This document shows positions 1 to 13,834 of a DNA stretch of 64,000 nt, one piece after another. Source of the DNA: Styela clava (lineage: Eukaryota); assembly GCF_964204865.1 (NCBI RefSeq), contig NC_135257.1, forward strand, positions 5,518,001 through 5,582,000, in the 5' to 3' direction. Under the pieces are notes generated by a model. The model did not search any database, was not told the origin of the DNA, and worked only from the letters and a program-made list of their open reading frames with translations. Numbering within the stretch: position 1 is the stretch's first letter; each line of letters begins with the position of its first letter. The translations under genes and the position numbers were made by a program.

Positions 1-1782
1 AGGTAGCTCCTGATCCAATTGAATGGGACGCCTCTAATTCCATAGTGATAGAGCTTACTTAAAAGAATGAAATGGTAAATGGTGTCGAAAGCTTTGGAAA
101 TATCAAGAAATATTCCAATTGCATGTTGTTTGTCTTCAAAGGCCTTGGTCAGTTTGTGTACCAAAACATTAGCAGCCATAGCAGTGGAGTGATGCTTGCG
201 GAAACCAAATTGATGAGAGTGGAAAACATTGTTAGTTTCAAAGAAGTTTGACATTCTACTATACATTATTTTTTCAAGAATCTTAGAAAATGGTGGTAAA
301 AGACTAACAGGTCTATAATTTCCAAGATCTGAAACACTACCCTTTTTAAATAGAGGAAGAACTTTAGATGTCTTGAAGCTTTCAATGAATAATCCACTAG
401 ATAGTGAAAGATTAAATATATATGTCAGGATATCAATGATATGTTCTGGAACATGTTGCAATACTTTGAATGGAATACCATCGATTCCAAAACTTGACTT
501 GGGCTTCATTTCGCGTATAATATTTTTTATTTCTAATGATGTAGTTGGCCGTAAAAACATGGATGAGGATTCTTGCTTCTCAAGATATGAAATGTAATTT
601 TTGTCACAGCCAGCTGGTTGTGGCATACAGTCGAGCAGGCTTTGTGCCACTTGGGAAAAGTGTTCATTAAATTTATTTGCAATTTGTGTATTACTGCAAT
701 CGAGTCCAATCAAAGGACAAGAACCTGTTTTATTTTTACCAATAAGTTCATTAATTGTTTTCCACACTGCCTTGATTGATGTTGCCTTTGTGAGAGGCAA
801 ATTTAGATTTGTAATAATTTGATTTCCTTTTGTAGAGCAATCGAGTATAAAGGTTGCTGCATTCATTGAACTGTACTTTGTGCTTGTCATTTATGTTTTT
901 ATTGTTTATTAATTTCTTATAAAGTTTTTGTTTGACTTTGTTAAGTTTACGTAACTCAATATCATACCAAGGTTTGTTTGATCTGTTTGTTTGATTGTAA
1001 GGAAAAGATTGAGAGTAAGCAGTAGAGAATTTTTCAAAGCAAGTGTTGGAATCCTGGATGCTGCTGAAGTCATCAATATCAATAGAATTCAGTTCGTTCA
1101 TAAAAGTATTCAAGTTGGACGAAGTAAACTGGCGGTAAAACGTTTCAATTCTGTTCTGAATTTGCTTTTCTAGAAGAGAGCATTGTACAATTGGCAGATG
1201 ATCAGAAACACATTCTGCTAAAACAGCACTATTAACTTTTTTATCATATACGTTTGTCCAAATGTGGTCTATACAGGTAGCAGAACTTGAAGTTATCCTG
1301 GTGGGGCAGTTTATCAGACAATAATAGGCCAGGTTGTGCATAATATCAACAAATAGGCTGGTATTCATATTGGACTCATCAATAAGATTATAGTTGAAGT
1401 CACCCATTATATAATTATAATTCAACTTGTTCATCTTTAAGAGAACTTGGGACAAGAGATTCCGAAAGTTAGCATTGTTCAATTCATCAGTTAGTGGTGA
1501 TCTATAAATAGTACCGCAGCTTTTTTCTGAATGAAGAGAAGTACATAATTCTAATAATTCAGAATCAGATAGAGAAAAGGATGGTATGCAATTTTTTTCA
1601 CAAAAGAAACAGCACCAAGGCATATCATCAGCTCCAGATTGCAGGTTTTCATACTGCTGGTTAGAGATATTGATGCATTTTAAATGTATTCAATGTGAGC
1701 AAATGTTGCAAAAAATAGCTTTCTGATTAGTTCGGACTGATTTGTGGCAATTTCTACAGGGATATTTTAAATTATGTTTCAT
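1..1782 (-). mobile_element. Decayed CR1-group non-LTR retrotransposon ORF2 (PHD finger, partial AP endonuclease, start of reverse transcriptase); continues off the window edge
   Basis: From ATG 1782 it reads PCRNCHKSVRTNQKAIFCNICSH*IHLKC...PWCCFFC (PHD finger with a W->stop). ORF 751..1623 has APE motifs MGDFNYNL, PTRIT..SATCIDHIWTN and SDHLP. Bases 1-250 encode RT motifs QFGFRKHHST and FLDISKAFDTINH..LL.KLYHYGIRG. Frameshifts are present and the N-terminal half of the APE is missing. Confidence 0.9.
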
Positions 1783-2021
1783 GGTGGTGGCAAAGTAATA
1801 AAATAAAAAAATAAAATAAAAAAAAGTATAGTGAAGTAAGACAAAATCTAAAATACAAAGCTTGAATACAAAGTTTCCATGTGCAGAACTTATGGTTAAA
1901 TAAGTACTAGCCTAATTAGCATAAGAAAAAAAAGGGTGAAAATAAATTGAATTAAATTATGTTATCCCCCTGTGCTAAAGGCCACCACTATACCAATGAG
2001 ACCAAGTTGCAAACAGTGTGC

Positions 2022-2402
2022 CTATTTGCTAGGTCCCATTGGGCGAGCAGCAGCCCTGGAGTACAGGGGACGAGAGAGAGTAGTGATATCATTTGAACAA
2101 GATATAACTCGCCTTCTGTCCAAGTAAGCGTATATAGTCCCATTCATTGTCGACACCTTATGCTTCCCGAATGCTTCCTTGGCAGCGGCGAGGAGCTTGA
2201 GCCTATTCCGGGTCAAGGACTCCGTGATGGACAAACCGCTGCCTTTTAGATCTTTCCTCCTACCATATATTAAATTTTTTGTCGATCTTCGGACAAATTT
2301 AATAATGATAGGGTTCTTCGGGGACTTGGATCGCAATTTATGCTGTATTACAATAGGAGTCATAGTCAAGTTTATTTTTTCCCATTCAGTAAAAAATAAC
2401 AT
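2022..2402 (-). mobile_element. C-terminal fragment of the LINE ORF1 protein
   Basis: HKLRSKSPKNPIIIKFVRRSTKNLIYGRRKDLKGSGLSITESLTRNR matches the PIIvkF...l.I.EsLT pattern of CR1/L2-type ORF1. It lies directly upstream of ORF2 on the same strand. Confidence 0.75.
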
Positions 2403-2483
2403 ACGAAGTGAACAAAATACAAAACTAAAAACACATTTTTACTGGGGAAGGGAAGTCGCGGGGAACCAGGAATGGTTGTGGAA

Positions 2484-2795
2484 CTAATGTAACGTAATTC
2501 TTTTGCCTTTGGTCTTCTTTTTCTTGCAAAATTGACCCCCTTTTTTGAAAACTTTTTTGGGCCTACATCCTTCTTTCACAAAATAGAAAGTTTTGGGAGA
2601 TGTGCCTTGATTTGAATCCCAGACGCCACAATCGTCCGAAAATTCGGTTCGGTCAGTATTTTCACGATTCTTCGCGTTTGTTGTATTTGTGTGTGATGAG
2701 AAAATATAGCCTACATTTTCTTTGTGGCCAGTTGGAATTCCCGATAACGCCGTGCTTGGTTCACAACGGTCAAAGACTTGAAGAATATTTTCCAA
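2484..2795 (-). other. Orphan ORF fragment, probably transposon-derived
   Basis: 103-aa open frame with a protein-like P.G.KEN...FSDDCGVWD segment and a Lys-rich end, next to the LINE. No host exon structure is evident. Confidence 0.3.
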
Positions 2796-2883
2796 GATTA
2801 GAAATTCACCGTCCGGCAGAGGAAGGGCTCAACTTTTGGATGCTACGCAGCGACGTTGTACATTGAATAACAGCTATATTATG

Positions 2884-2919
<36 letters not shown>

Positions 2920-2938
2920 TAATATTGATGTTTTCAAG

Positions 2939-5900
2939 GAACAAGTATTACATTTGGATCAATAAGTCCAGCTAAAATCTGCTACGGTAAGAATAATTGT
3001 GATCAAGGAGAAGAAGAACGTGACTGTGTTGGAAGGTTACTTTTATATGCAAAAGATCTTACCTTAATTGTATAATTGTTTATTTGTAAATATTGTATAA
3101 TATGTTAGTATAGTATTTTTAAATTCGAATTGATTAATGGCGCAAAATACCGCTCAGGCTCAGAAGCGGTTATTTAGATATTTTTAGGAGCTCCATCTCT
3201 TTGCTGCTTCGGTATAACCAACTCAATATTTTACAACCAGAGTGAGGGTTAAGTTTTACACGTAGCTTGACAGTGGCTTATTTCTTGCTGAGTATCATGT
3301 GTTTCTCATTTAATGTCCTACGTTAGATTGACTTTCGTGATCTCTTTTGACTTTCAAAGCAAAAAAAAAACATTACGTGTAACGTCTCACCCGTTGCAAT
3401 AAATATTAACTTACGCATTATCATATATATAAATATATTTCTCTAGATTCTATTGTCATGGAAAATCACCCATTAATTAATATTCCAGAAGGACGAGTGT
3501 GCAATCAACAGAGGGTATAAAAATACCTATTGTCAAGACATTATAGGAAATTTTGTTTTAAAAAATCTTTGAAGAATTTCTTCTGATTAATGTCAAACCA
3601 CCACCAATTATATTGTCATAACGGTTTGGTAGTTTGTAACCTCTAATCCAAACATTAAAATATCCCGATTTTGTTTTGTCCGGATTGCGAAGATGGCAGT
3701 GATGAACTTGGCTGCAGTGATGAAACACATTTTTACTGTAATGATTCTGGAATAGTTGCATTTGTAAACAGAAAACAGGTCTAATCGTTTCGTTTAATGG
3801 TTTATAAAAATCTTCAATCTTTCACTTTCTTTAAAAAAAGAGCAAATACAAATGTTTCATGTTTATGTAAAAACTGATTTTAACTGGGTTAAAAGTAAGG
3901 GATTGGTACCTAGATTTGAGCAAACTTGTGTGAGCAAATTAAAATACTATATTTATATACTTTCACCGCAGAACACAAGTAATTCGTTGAGCGTAAACGG
4001 TTTTGTATGGGTGCGAGCTGTTTATTCATATTCATTAAATAATTTTAACGTTTTCTGTTATATCGTAAACTATTTTTTACTCATTTTTCTAGATTTGTGA
4101 TGGGAGTGAAGATTGTAAAAATGAACAAGACGAATGCCAACTTCACTGCATAACAAGTGTCTTTTCTGATATTCACGTAATGATCAAAGACGATGGTTTT
4201 TCTGATGTAACGTGGTTAATAAGTACGTAGTATAGCATTTTTTATTTTAAAGTGAATCTATGCATTGTGGACTGAAAAATGAAACGAATTTGATTTCTTA
4301 CATTGGTAGGAGACGGCTAGTCCAGTGAAACCCAAACTAAGATGGCAGTAACTGACAAATTATGAGGCCGAGGATGTACGAGAATGCAAGTATGTAGCAT
4401 AAGTGAAATGATTATACAAGTATCCGGTTTGAAGTATATCTCCCGCAATATGTTTCATTTTCTAACATTGACTAAACCAAAAAAACGCGTGTTATAAGTA
4501 GATGTCATATATGAATTGTTATAAAATGACTTTTGGTCAAGCAAGTGTTTGGAGCTGAAAACTTTCAATTGATGTATGGTCCTTATATTATACCGGGTGT
4601 TTCATTGCAGGCATTGCATCACTCGTAGGAAATATAGAAGTGATTGTTATCACCCTGTATCCGAGAAAAAGCAAGGCAAAAATAAAAAATAAATGCAAAT
4701 CAAAACAAGACGATTGTATTAAACCTCCCAGTGTGTGGTCGGCGTAAGTTTGAATTGCAGTCTACTTTTTTATGAAATTTAAGAAGAAAAAAGACCGTGA
4801 TCTAATTTCAAATATATACTATGGTCATTTGCATTCGCCGGTGATTATTGTCGAGGGGACAGAGAATGGCGCGGTGGATTGAGTTGTTCAGTACTTGGTG
4901 TTATTCTTTTGGTCGGATCAGAATTGTCAGTATTTTCGATGGTGATCCTTACAGGCTTCAGGGCTTTCACAGTCTTAAGGTTTGCAAGCGAATTGTTTCA
5001 ACTTCGTGATATTTTCAACACAGAATATAATCACTAATGATAATTCCAGGCCTTTTAAAGAACTTCGTTCAAAATCATTGGCTGCTATTTTACTGTCTTC
5101 GTGGATGGTTTCAATTCTTCTTGCTATTATACCTATTCTACCTTTTACTGAGGACTATTTCGTGGAAAGTGTTTGGTAAGTTTAGTTTTTAACTCGGCGA
5201 ACAATTCTGATCGTGCTAGGCAAGGGACACCACGCAAGAACAAAACTATCGATATTTCTATCCCGCACAATCTTTTTTTCTAATTTTCTTGTCACTTTCA
5301 TATTCGAGTTGTTGCTAAGATGAACGCATTCAAAGTCGAGTCAAGATCTAGAATCTGCTCAAAACAAAAGCGCTTTTTTGTGGCGGAGTATTTTTGTGGC
5401 CAAATATTCGTTATCGTAATATAGTATCATAAGTTTCTACTGATATTCATTTTTCTTGAATTGCTTCGAAAAACAGCGGTTGGGGATCAATTATTTTAGT
5501 AAAAACGCATTTATGTACAAATTTTTTTTTTATATTTGGTGTAGTTTTATATAGTGTGAAACTTTTTTATAGTGTTTTGATTATTAGGGTAGGTCAGAAT
5601 CCATTTTTTTTTCAACAATTAACAACAATGAAGTAGAGGAATTGAATCGTTGGCTTTCTTTAACAACAGAGTCTCCTGATAATACCTGCGAATGAGTATA
5701 ATTCCAACTGTGTTTCATTCTTTGTTAACTGTGCCAAGTACTGAATTTGTTTTCATAGATATGTTGGAACTTTAACGCCGTGGTCAACTTTGGAATTCTC
5801 TTTAAAAAAACTCAATTCGAATTATACTATTAGAAGAAAGTTTTGGATATGACTCTGCGCACACCGTTTGGTTATACCAACCTTATTTCCGAACCGCAAT

Positions 5901-6330
5901 ACAGATGTGGCATGGGCATACAGCCTTCTTTTCTTAATCGTGAATTTCTGTTCATTTTTTTTTTGTATTGAATTTTCTTTACTGTGCGCTAGGCCAGGGC
6001 TACTCAACTGGCGGACCGCGGTCCGAATCCGGACCTTTCGAGTATTGGATTTGGACCAAACCTAATTATTTATTTTGGATCATTAGCCCCACTTTTTCAA
6101 TTCCCTATTATAAAATGACTTTCACAGTTTTGAATATATACGAAAAGAACTATAACACTATAATAAACAATTTTAATTTGCTACTAATCATTAGTCGGTC
6201 GAGAAAGTGCTTGTTTAAGGATGCCGGAATATCATTTCTGGAAAGACCGGACACAAATAATTTTGAAGTTTTGTTTGCGGACCTTCGATAAAAATAGTTG
6301 AGTAGCCCTGCGCTAGGCTATAAGACATGT
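2939..6330 (+). pseudogene. LDLa-repeat rhodopsin-type GPCR (GRL101/RXFP-like, no LRRs seen), pseudogene
   Basis: Exon relics: ~2939-3036 (KICYGKNNCDQGEEERDCVGR), ~3448 (FYCHGKSP..IPEGRVC), ~4093-4220 (ICDGSEDCKNEQDECQ...MIKDDGFSDVTWLI), ~4611 (GIASLVGNIEVIVITL, TM1), ~4835-4979 (DYCRGDREWRGGLSCSVLGVILLVGSELSVFSMVILTGFR, TM3), ~5050-5176 (SWMVSILLAIIPILP, TM4), ~5840-5994 (WAYSLLFLIVNF, TM5). Frameshifts and an exonic MITE are present; TM6-7 were not found. Confidence 0.75.
5995..6310. mobile_element. hAT-type MITE
   Basis: Perfect 15-bp TIR CAGGGCTACTCAACT/AGTTGAGTAGCCCTG with an 8-bp TSD CGCTAGGC (5987-5994, 6311-6318). A truncated copy of the left end starts at ~38806. Confidence 0.92.
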
Positions 6331-7176
6331 AGGTATAAATAAATTGCTTACCTCTATTAAATTTTGTTGGTTGCTGTGATTTCTCGCTATGTTTCGTAAT
6401 AACATACCAGGTTATAATAATAAAAGAGACGATTATAGATAGAGTAAATAAAACTGAGCAAATGATTTATTTTCTTCTCGCTTTTTCATGTTCTGAATTT
6501 AAATTAATGTATTTTGTCATAATTTGGAAAGTTTTTCTATAACGAGATAATTTCTCAAAAATTTAAAAGGCTACTTTGAAAACAAATTTGTACAAGTTTG
6601 TTCAAAGCAAAATCACAATTCACAAAACAGACATTTTAATACGGCCAGGCCAGTAGAAATGGTTTAAATAAAGAAAAATCGTTCCTTATAAAAATTGATA
6701 GTAACTGTCCGACTGAAAAATTACGTTTCAAATAGCTGTAGCTTAAAATATACAAAATAAGAGGATTTTATGATTCTACAATTTTGCTTTGGAATTAATT
6801 CGATTTTGAATATTCAAAATTATTTATCATTCTGAAAAATCTAACAAAATAAATCGGAAAAAGTTTATAAATTTATGTAGCACATTTTTCTCATTTCCTT
6901 GAATTTTTCTGAACAAGAAAGATGAAAAAAATATATATATGAGCAAATTATCGTCTCTAATCCTCAATCTAATTCTTCTGAGATACCCAACATGGAGTAT
7001 CCATAGTGTATCCATTGCATTTTGTTATATTTTCATAATAAAATCCCTTGTTTAACTGCTTTTTCATTCTATTCCACACAGAACTGAACCTTACTTTCTC
7101 GTGCATCATTATATCTGGGCCTTTTAGAAATCCACTTTTTGGTATTTTGTTTATCTATATTCCAATATCTGACTTA

Positions 7177-8071
7177 GGGGAGGGTGGCCACGTTAGGACA
7201 TAGGGCACAATGGAAAATAAGCGTCTGTGCAGGGCGACGCAAGCTATGAGGTGGAATTGGTTTTTGACGGTTGAAACTAAAATTTCGCCATCTCAGTCTT
7301 TTTTCTATTTTAGCCTTACCAAAAGGATAAACCACTATCTGGCATTTTTACTTTAAGTCCACTATGAAACATTTTACTTGTTAATATATATATAAATGTT
7401 GGTGTTGTGGTTATATTGAAACAAATCAGTGATTGAAAAAATTACACTTTCGTTTTTTTTAAGCACTCAAAACCTGTATTTGTGGTTTAGGGCTATTTTA
7501 ATTGGGACTATTGTCGAGCATGGAAGTTTCAGAACTCATATTAAATTGATTGAAATTAGGTATAATCCAAAGGTAAAAATGTTTTTATTTAGATTTAATG
7601 ATTGGAATATAAAATTCACGAGTACTTCAAGAGGGGCAGACTCTTCCGATAGGTATGTTGACAAAAAGGTTTTAGGTTGCCAGTAAAGATAAATTGTTTT
7701 AGAAATTATTTGGATAAAGATTAGAATCATTATAGTTGAACATTTATTTCAAATCTCCAAATTTGAAGTTCTTTTGATGCCGATGTTGATTCGTTACTAT
7801 TTTTTATGGCATATGTCGTTGAATTTATTCGACGGCCGCATCGTGCACCAGGGTGTTTCCAAATGTTTCCCACCAGCGGGGTGCAGTGGGACAATAAACC
7901 AAGCATTTTTTATTGAATTTTGTGGTCAATCTGTTTTTTTTTCTTCTAGTCGCTGAATAAAAGCTACCATTTATTTCTCTCTGCATTAGCCCTGCAATGT
8001 CAAATGGATGTGCAGGTTGATGGGCTCAAACGATGCAAAAAAAAACTGTCCCAACTTTCCTCACTTTCCCC
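7177..8071. mobile_element. Non-autonomous TA-flanked DNA element (Tc1/mariner-pogo-like)
   Basis: TA|GGGGAGGGTG...CACTTTCCCC|TA imperfect TIRs. A shorter related copy in the opposite orientation at ~40828-41285 shares both ends. Confidence 0.6.
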
Positions 8072-10739
8072 TACACCGCACATGCTTTATTTTGCTCACA
8101 TCATAGTCGGAGTTGAAAGCTTACGGTAAATAATCTCATCGCGATCTACAGAACTGTATGGTCTAAAAAAATAATAAACTTCTTTAGGGTGACTCTTAAT
8201 ACTGGTTGCTTTGTTCCTAACTCGATTTAAATCTTTAATTAACCAGCTGTCTTATCAATATCTACGGATAAAACACGTTTGCATCGCTGTGTATTATGTG
8301 AAATAAATTTCATATTATATTGCATTCATTTCAAATTGAGCAGAACGGAACAAAGCAATTTCGTAATAGACTGAACTGGGGAATTTTAATTTTGATCGCA
8401 TTGATTCTAAAATTTATTTCCACGAAATTTATTTTGCTCAGTAGAATTAGAAGTTCGTTTTATCACCATACTGAAAAACCACTTCGTACAAACAGAATAT
8501 AAAACGATGTGGAAATGGCATTTCAAGGTAAATGGGGCGCAGTCAACCAATACTGATTTTCGAAATGAGACGGCAGTTTTATATTGAAATGATTTTGATT
8601 TTCATGGCAGTGATATCTGTGCTTTGAGTGGGCTAGATGAAGACCTCAAAAGCGTAAAAATATATTATTTAGTATTGTGATACTTCTACTATTGTGTCGG
8701 TTTTACATTTTATTGGCGACCTGTACTCGAACTCAAAGATAGATACATCCGTTGCGTGTTGTCCAAATGTATTTTATTACTTCTGTGCACATCATTTTCA
8801 TATGAAAAGGATTTGTATAAAGAAGGAATTGAATTTGCCTGGTGGTGAAATATTAACAACATCAAAATCACTTGTCAGAAGACGATATCAAGGCGTTTCT
8901 GAAATTATTTGGAGATAAATACCATTTGGACATAAACCATTAACATTAATCGGTAAATAAACGTTCAACGCCAAAGCAGCGAGCACAACAGATAGTTCGG
9001 CAAAGCCGAATTATCGATGGTCCAGGCCATTGAAATCTATCAACGAAGGCAAAACTTTCCCAAACGTTCCCCAATATGGGTAGAGCAAATGCATTAGGAG
9101 TACTATAGTTCAACGTTACGTGTAACAGTCCATGATACGGACAAGTGTCGACATCCTTACGCGTGGAATACGTGTTGCGAATGATAATAACATAGATAAT
9201 AAAAATAATTGGGTGCAATGCAGTGCACAGCGGCGAAAAATATGGCGAGAAAATATAAACACTGAAGAGTTCGACGTCCAAGCCAAAGACCTAGATTCAC
9301 ATTATATGAATCGTTTAATACGTAACTTTGGTACTGGTATAAGGTTCGTGAAAAGATCGGAAGGACTAGCCTGGTGAAATGCTTCGCGGTGTTACAAATG
9401 CAAAAATAGGAACATTTGTGTGAAATATCGAGCACCACATCAGGACTCGAAAATATTTGGAAAAAAAAATTAACAGCCATAATTTCGTTACTGTTCTGCA
9501 ATTTCAACTTAACGTAAACCGCCAATTCTCTTTATCGATAATACATATTACTCGCTTTTAGAAATTCTTTATCAACAAATTAATATTCTGTTTTATAAAA
9601 ACCATTAAACCTGCATATTCTTTTAACCTGTGGTATACGGGTTGCTACGAGAGCCAAAGTTGCTACATCTTTTCACCATTGATTTTTCTTATAAATTTGA
9701 TCACGTTTCGAATGTAGAATTAGATAGATCTCTCTGCACGGTCGCTGTTCGTTTGCGGGTTCGTCATCGTCACCGCAAGGCGGAGTCAAACACCGAAACG
9801 CATACCCGATTCATAATATAGTATGAGTGTGAGAGCTTATTTTACATCGTTTATCTTATATATTGCAAAGCTTCCTCACAGAATGTCCAATAAATACAAT
9901 TGACGCTTGGCGAATTAAAAAATGTGTTTCTCTGAAAAAATGAATCAGCGAAATTTTATATCAAAACTAAGTTGCATCCAATTTTTAATCAATCAAACAA
10001 TCTTTCACCAATGAAAATTTAAAGCAATTGGTCCATTAGGTAATAAGGAAAGCGATTTTTTACAACAACGAGAAGGTGAAGATAATGACTAACAGGATCA
10101 AAAACAATAGCATAATAACAAAACGATCCAAAAGTCCACTGTGAAATAATGGACCTTTGTGAAATAACGTGCAAACTTTAAGTAAGTCACTAGTCGTAAA
10201 TCAACCTATTTTCTTATTCGTTATTATTGGACACGTAGTGGACCTATGGATTGTTTTGTTATTATGTTGTTGTTCTTGTTATATTTATATTGCTACAAAT
10301 ATATATGTTCAAATCATTCTAATGTCAAATCGTTGTAATGTTTATTATTATAAATTATCGTCTTCGTAAAACCTCTATGTTTTGATATTTCATCGGTAAA
10401 GTTGCCATTTCCAGGACTGTGTTGTCAGGCATTTGAAATGTTTAAACTTTCTGAAGTCAGAATCACAGACTTTGGAGATGAGAGGTTAGAAGAAAGGCCA
10501 ATGCTCTAATTATTCAAAATTCAAAAATTATGGCATTGAAGCAGTGTTTATTGAATAAGTTTTACACATTTGAAATTAGTTTGAACATGTGAGCAAGTAG
10601 GTCAATGCAAGCAATATAAATGAAAATAGCTCAAATAGATATTTATGTGTAATATTCATGAATCCAATATTTATAAAAGATATTTCTGTGAGACCTATTA
10701 AAAAGTTTTATTGCGGCATATTTACAGCAAATATTCACT

Positions 10740-13700
10740 TCAGTATTTCTGACATAATACACCGTGCTCTTTCGATTCAGGGTAAAAATTATACATTGCT
10801 TGGTGTTGCTGTGATGATTGTTTGTAAACTTGCAGCTGTAGCGAAGTGTATGAACTGCCAGAGTCTGGATAACCAGAAAGCCATCGTACGAATGGAGCAA
10901 TTGATCCGTCTGCAAGCGTCACTGTTCTTGTCTAAAATTAAATGAAACAATTCGAAAACTTATCAATCAAAACAAACGAATAGTTTTCATTAGACTTACG
11001 GTACAGTAAAATGAAATGTATTCATGCCGTTGCCCAGAATGAACAAAGTAACCGTGAAATGAACATTCGGTCTACTTGTCACCGGCTATCTTGTAATGGC
11101 TGTATGAATAAAACTTATGAGTGCAAATTACCAACAGCATAGCCTCTATTTAGAAATAGGGAATTCCCCTCCATGTAATTTTGATTTAATGTTGTTCTGG
11201 CAGTTTAAGCTGGATTTTTTTTAAAAATGGATTCGGGGAGACAGTTGATTATTACGTATTAAGTTGGGACTGTAAGTAGCCTACTTATTGAAGATTGAAC
11301 TGTAGATTAATAGAGAAGTACTGGTAGCTTAAGGAGAAAAGATTACTTCATAAATGTAAACAAGAGAGCTATGCTCAAATATATGGACACGTAGCGCCAC
11401 CCAATGGCAATAATTTTGATGACGTCATAGCGAAAAAAAAAGTAATAGCCTTCTGGAGAAAAATTTTATCTTCAACCACTGAAAATTTCAAAGCAATTGG
11501 TCCAGTATTCGAAGAGAAAAGCGACTTTTTAAAAACGTGTCAAAGAACAAGAACAACAACAAGGACAACAAGAACAAGAACAAGAACAACAACAACATAA
11601 TATTGAAACGATCGTTATGTCCACTACGTGTCCAATAATATCAATAAACAAAACAAAAAATAGGATCCACAGTCATTTCCACGATATACTGAAATGAAAA
11701 AGTAGGGAAAGATCGCAATATTTATCTAGAATATAATTAGAGTATAAGTGAATATTACATAACTGTGTTTAAAAATTTGGATATGTCAAGTCTTCAATGA
11801 TAGGAGGTAAATCATTCCAAATTTCCGCTATGATGGCTATGTACAAAATACTGTATACTGTATTTGAAAAATAATTATCAAATGCTTATGGTAACAATCT
11901 CGAAGAGTATTGGTGCATTACTTTAAAAACATAAGTTGCAGCAACTTTGTTCATTAGAACCCCCAAAATAACCCAATTCGTGTGAAAAGAGTGAGAAACA
12001 AAATTAATTAATCATAAAATTGAAATAACGATATACAAAGTCTTTCAACTTGAGTATCTTATTCTCTGCAAATAAGGGGTAAGACTCATACGAGGTGTTT
12101 AATTGAATAAAATTCTTAAAGATATTTTTTTTTGTAAAAATGTATTTATACACTTTTCTGGTAATTAAGTACTCCTATGCAACTGAACCCCACTGTTAAG
12201 AACACGGTTAAGAACAGCACAATTCCTTTCTACCTGTTTAGACAAGATATACTTACTGAAGGGTTTATGGTCATTCCAAGCCAGATGTGTACCCAACTTT
12301 GCGAAGGAGGAATCAACGGTCGAACGTACGTCTTAATTTGTTCAAAATGTTGTGAGTCCTGGATGAATGCCGGCTTTCCTCGCTTTTTTGCGCATATTGC
12401 AAATGCTTCTTCCAAGTTAATATTTTTAGAAGAACTTAGAACAGCCCAATAGCAAGTTCTCCTGTAAGCAATACCATTGCAAATTGGTTCCACGTCATCA
12501 CGCCCGGAATCTACAAAAATGAGGCGCAAAAACTTTTTAAAAAACATTAGGGGAGAATTTTGATTTTTCCTTTCATAAGTAAAGAAAACGTTTGATAAAG
12601 CCTGGGCGTTCAAAACGATTATTGATTATTTGATGAGGTCGTTGTGATTTATAAAGAATGTTAGGACTTACCTTTTGAAGCATTCTTCTTTAGTTCAAGA
12701 ACTAATTCTTCTAACTTTTTTACTCGTATGGTTAAATTTCCATTAGCTGTTTACAAAAAAGTTTCAAATCATTGTAATGAATCAACTAGTTCTAGTTTTA
12801 TACAGCAATATCAATGTATTTGTCCAGTTGATGAATAGAATAGGCCTTGTATGAGTGGCTCTTGCATATATATTGCTTTCCTGAGCATTCATTTTCTTAT
12901 TTACTTGCTGAAGCTAATACATTTTGTAAGCGTCGTCCCGTTTTTGTAGTTTTGGTTTCATTGTGCTTGTAAATTCGGGTCAAGTCTGCTTTGCTTTCGT
13001 ATTTGTGAAACTTCTATTTTATCTACAGTAATCGGTAATCATTCCAAAAAAATCTTACGATTAAATTTTTCTTCTTTGAAACCTGCTTGATTTTTTGAAA
13101 ATAAAATAGTAATTTTAAAATAACGAAGTCACACCAACCAACACAAAATGCATTTGTGATTTATTGCAAAGAAATTCATATTAAACGAATATATATGCAT
13201 GAAATTGGTAGTTTTTTTATGAAAATATTTTCATGATTTGTTTAAATTTCTGAGATACAAGTTCAAATAATTACAGAATTTTTCAATATATATATATATA
13301 TATATATATTGAAAGTTTTAAGTTTTGATTTCAAACATAAAAAACAATGTTTAGCGGTTTTGCAGAGTATCGATCAGATCAAGTATATATTTATAGTGCG
13401 CACAATGTCACAATTACGTTAATTCTATATTTAAATAATATTTTCAGGTTGAATACGGATTTCAGATATATGGCATCATTTACAAATAGCCCGGACACTA
13501 AAAAGCAATCTCGGCCATTGATTCAAAAATATAAACCCAAACATATACCTTGTTCGATTGTTTCCTCAATTTTTTCATTTATCCTGTTGTAGTTGACAAC
13601 ACCTGAACCACCTTTTTCACCCTTACTACCAGATATTCCGCGTTCCCCTTTAAAACCTTGTGGTCCCCGTTTTCCAGGCATCCCATGGTCTCGCTGTGAA

Positions 13701-13834
13701 GTTGTTGGTATGGCGTGACCCCCTTCTCCTGCAAAAACGTCTTCGACTGTTTTACAAATCATATGCTTCGAGTTTCCTTGCACAATGTTTGTCATATAAC
13801 ACATGAACATGATAAAAATATGTAGGTTCTGCAT
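10740..13834 (-). CDS. Collagen/C-type lectin (mini-collectin) copy A, intact, ~268 aa
   Basis: Exons 13834-13549 (signal peptide MQNLHIFIMFMCYMTNIVQG, Cys, 10 Gly-X-Y), 12746-12672 (coiled neck NLTIRVKKLEELVLELKK), 12510-12257 (CTLD: CNGIAYRRTCYW...EAFAIC...IWLGM) and 10931-10740 (RWLSGYP...GVLCQKY*). All introns are GT-AG and the spliced 807 nt are in frame. Confidence 0.9.
11359..11638 (-). mobile_element. Helentron-associated interspersed element (HINE/DINE-1-like)
   Basis: Ends AACAAGAGAGCTATGCTC... and ...GTCCACTACGTGTCCAATAA, subterminal inverted repeat TGGACACGTAG/CTACGTGTCCA, short hairpin GAGC-TAT-GCTC, internal (AAC/AAG)n microsatellite, AA/TT flanks and no TSD. Confidence 0.7.

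Noticed and set aside
373-1173. Plus-strand ORFs over the LINE
   Set aside because: Antisense shadows of LINE ORF2.
8946-9821. Cluster of 60-120-aa ORFs
   Set aside because: No recognisable domain or coherent splice structure; they could not be assigned as the missing GPCR TM6-7.
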